Positions 16,787-17,933 of a stretch of DNA of 17,933 nt are shown piece after piece. The stretch is from Candidatus Heimdallarchaeota archaeon (lineage in GTDB: Archaea; Asgardarchaeota; Heimdallarchaeia; Heimdallarchaeales; Heimdallarchaeaceae). The position numbers were made by a program, and so were the translations under genes. A model generated the notes under the pieces. It was not told the origin of the DNA, searched no databases, and saw only the letters and a list, made by a program, of their open reading frames with translations. Each line of letters opens with the position of its first letter. Within the stretch, counting starts at the first letter, position 1. Location of the stretch: positions 1-17,933 of the forward strand of contig JAHLWR010000036.1 in assembly GCA_019057815.1 (NCBI GenBank), given 5' to 3'.

Positions 16787-17052
16787 TTTTTGAAGGGAAT
16801 TTTCAAATCGTCTTCAGTCGTAAAAGTTTTTACAACAAAATCTTTTATCTCATCTGGATTGGTAATCACTTTAATATCCTTGGGTTTGATTTTGATAAGA
16901 TTTCTTTTCACGTGATGTTTACTCCCAAGAATTGAGTACAATTCTTCTAAAGCATCTTTTTTATTTAGGGCTCTAATTTCTTTTCCAAAAGTAATTTCGC
17001 GTTTTCCTGATTTGTATACGCCTTTGATTTTGAAAACCTTAACAGAGGTCAT
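16783..17052 (-). CDS. rpl18a: 50S ribosomal protein L18Ae/LX (eL20)
   Basis: KVFKIKG..FGKEIRAL..ALEELYSILGSKHHVKRNLIKI. Confidence 0.93.
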   Translation of the reverse strand: MTSVKVFKIKGVYKSGKREITFGKEIRALNKKDALEELYSILGSKHHVKRNLIKIKPKDIKVITNPDEIKDFVVKTFTTEDDLKIPFKK

Positions 17053-17159
17053 TTTTGTAACACCAATACTCCGATTAATAATGTCTTTTTCAAGTTTTTG
17101 AAACTAAAGTTTTAGTTTATTATGAAATAAACGCATTTTTGTGGCAATTGTCCACATGC

Positions 17160-17834
17160 TTAAGGAGATAATAATACTTCGAAAATACGCATAGATTCCG
17201 GCCCAGTTGTATCCGATCCAATAACTGCCCCCTTTGAATTTGCTATAATCCCAACTCGAGGGTAGGGTACACCTCTATTCACTGTGCATAAATCGGTTTT
17301 TACTCTTAGTATCGAAGATATAGCTCTAGATTCCTCTTCAGAAAGGAGCGGGTGCACAAGCGCACCTCTGTTTGTGGAGAAAGTAAGTGTTCCAACTAGG
17401 GGAGATTCCATCAAATTTCCAAAGACAACTTCAGTTCCTATTGTATCTTCAAATTTCTTTTGAACCTGTTTTTCAAATGTCTCACTTATTATTGCCCCTT
17501 TATCATTCATTACAATTAAATTTCCTAGGGCAGTTAATTTGCTCTCTATCTCTATTATTTCGACTTTTCCTTCTAGTGGACTTTTGATTAAATTCATCTC
17601 TTCAGGACTTATTGTGGAGGGAACAAAAAGAATGTTAGAATTTCCTGCAACCATAGCACCAACTAGCACCGTTCCTCCAACAGTTGTTTGTATTATAGGC
17701 ACTTCAAGTACTTTTTCTACTGTTTCTAGTATATTTTGCTTGATACTGTAAGGAAGTAAAATATATTTGTCGGTAGCTAATGCGAAAATACCTAAGCTAG
17801 AGTTTCCTAGAAAAGTTGCTTTTGCAATGTCCAA
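17160..17834 (-). CDS. eif6: Translation initiation factor 6 (aIF6)
   Basis: Pentein repeats LVGAMVAGNSN, ALGNLIVMNDKGA, TVNRG and IANSKGAVIGSDTTGPE. TTG start with GAGGGG SD. Confidence 0.96.
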   Translation of the reverse strand: MDIAKATFLGNSSLGIFALATDKYILLPYSIKQNILETVEKVLEVPIIQTTVGGTVLVGAMVAGNSNILFVPSTISPEEMNLIKSPLEGKVEIIEIESKLTALGNLIVMNDKGAIISETFEKQVQKKFEDTIGTEVVFGNLMESPLVGTLTFSTNRGALVHPLLSEEESRAISSILRVKTDLCTVNRGVPYPRVGIIANSKGAVIGSDTTGPESMRIFEVLLSP

Positions 17835-17869
17835 ATTGTTCCCCTCAGAATAAAAGAAAAATGAGAGGA

Positions 17870-17933
17870 TTATTTCTCTTCTTCAGCTTGTTCTTCAGCT
17901 TGTTCTTCAGCTTGTTCTTCAGCTTGTTCTTCA
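17870..17933 (-). CDS. 3' end of upstream gene with an acidic (EEQA)n tail; by synteny possibly ribosomal protein L31e
   Basis: Minus frame reads (EEQA)4-EEEK-stop, with a 12-bp tandem repeat running to the window edge. Identity is inferred only from the usual L39e-L31e-eIF6-L18a-pfdA-ftsY order. Confidence 0.5.
   Translation of the reverse strand, partial: EEQAEEQAEEQAEEQAEEEK

Noticed and set aside
13182-17751. Antisense ORFs over the ribosomal, ftsY, pfdA and eif6 genes
   Set aside because: They overlap well-supported conserved genes on the opposite strand and have no motifs.

Overview
AT-rich archaeal window, most likely from an Asgard (Heimdallarchaeia-like) genome. That assignment is inferred from the archaeal ribosomal genes, aIF6, prefoldin, and the NosD, LRR and TPR expansions. 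Right half, housekeeping: GTP-dependent PEPCK, cytidine deaminase, the rpl1-rplP0-rpl12 operon without rpl11, and the convergent (rpl31e)-eif6-rpl18a-pfdA-ftsY cluster. Left half, accessory: a secreted beta-helix protein, an LRR protein with a HEPN-like RxxxxH C-terminus, two membrane proteins and a dispersed intergenic repeat. Top observations: (1) an unannotated array of three short acidic peptide genes (F-D-P-E-D-G-D-x-x-I-x-P-P-x-W-x-P-stop) with an exact 210-bp period and mostly synonymous divergence, directly upstream of a large TPR-like protein, suggesting a peptide-TPR receptor system; (2) a solo TnpB with a Fanzor-type rearranged RuvC site, a structured 3' omegaRNA and imperfect terminal inverted repeats; (3) the LRR-HEPN fusion; (4) a K-turn-like leader hairpin covering the rpl1 ribosome-binding site.
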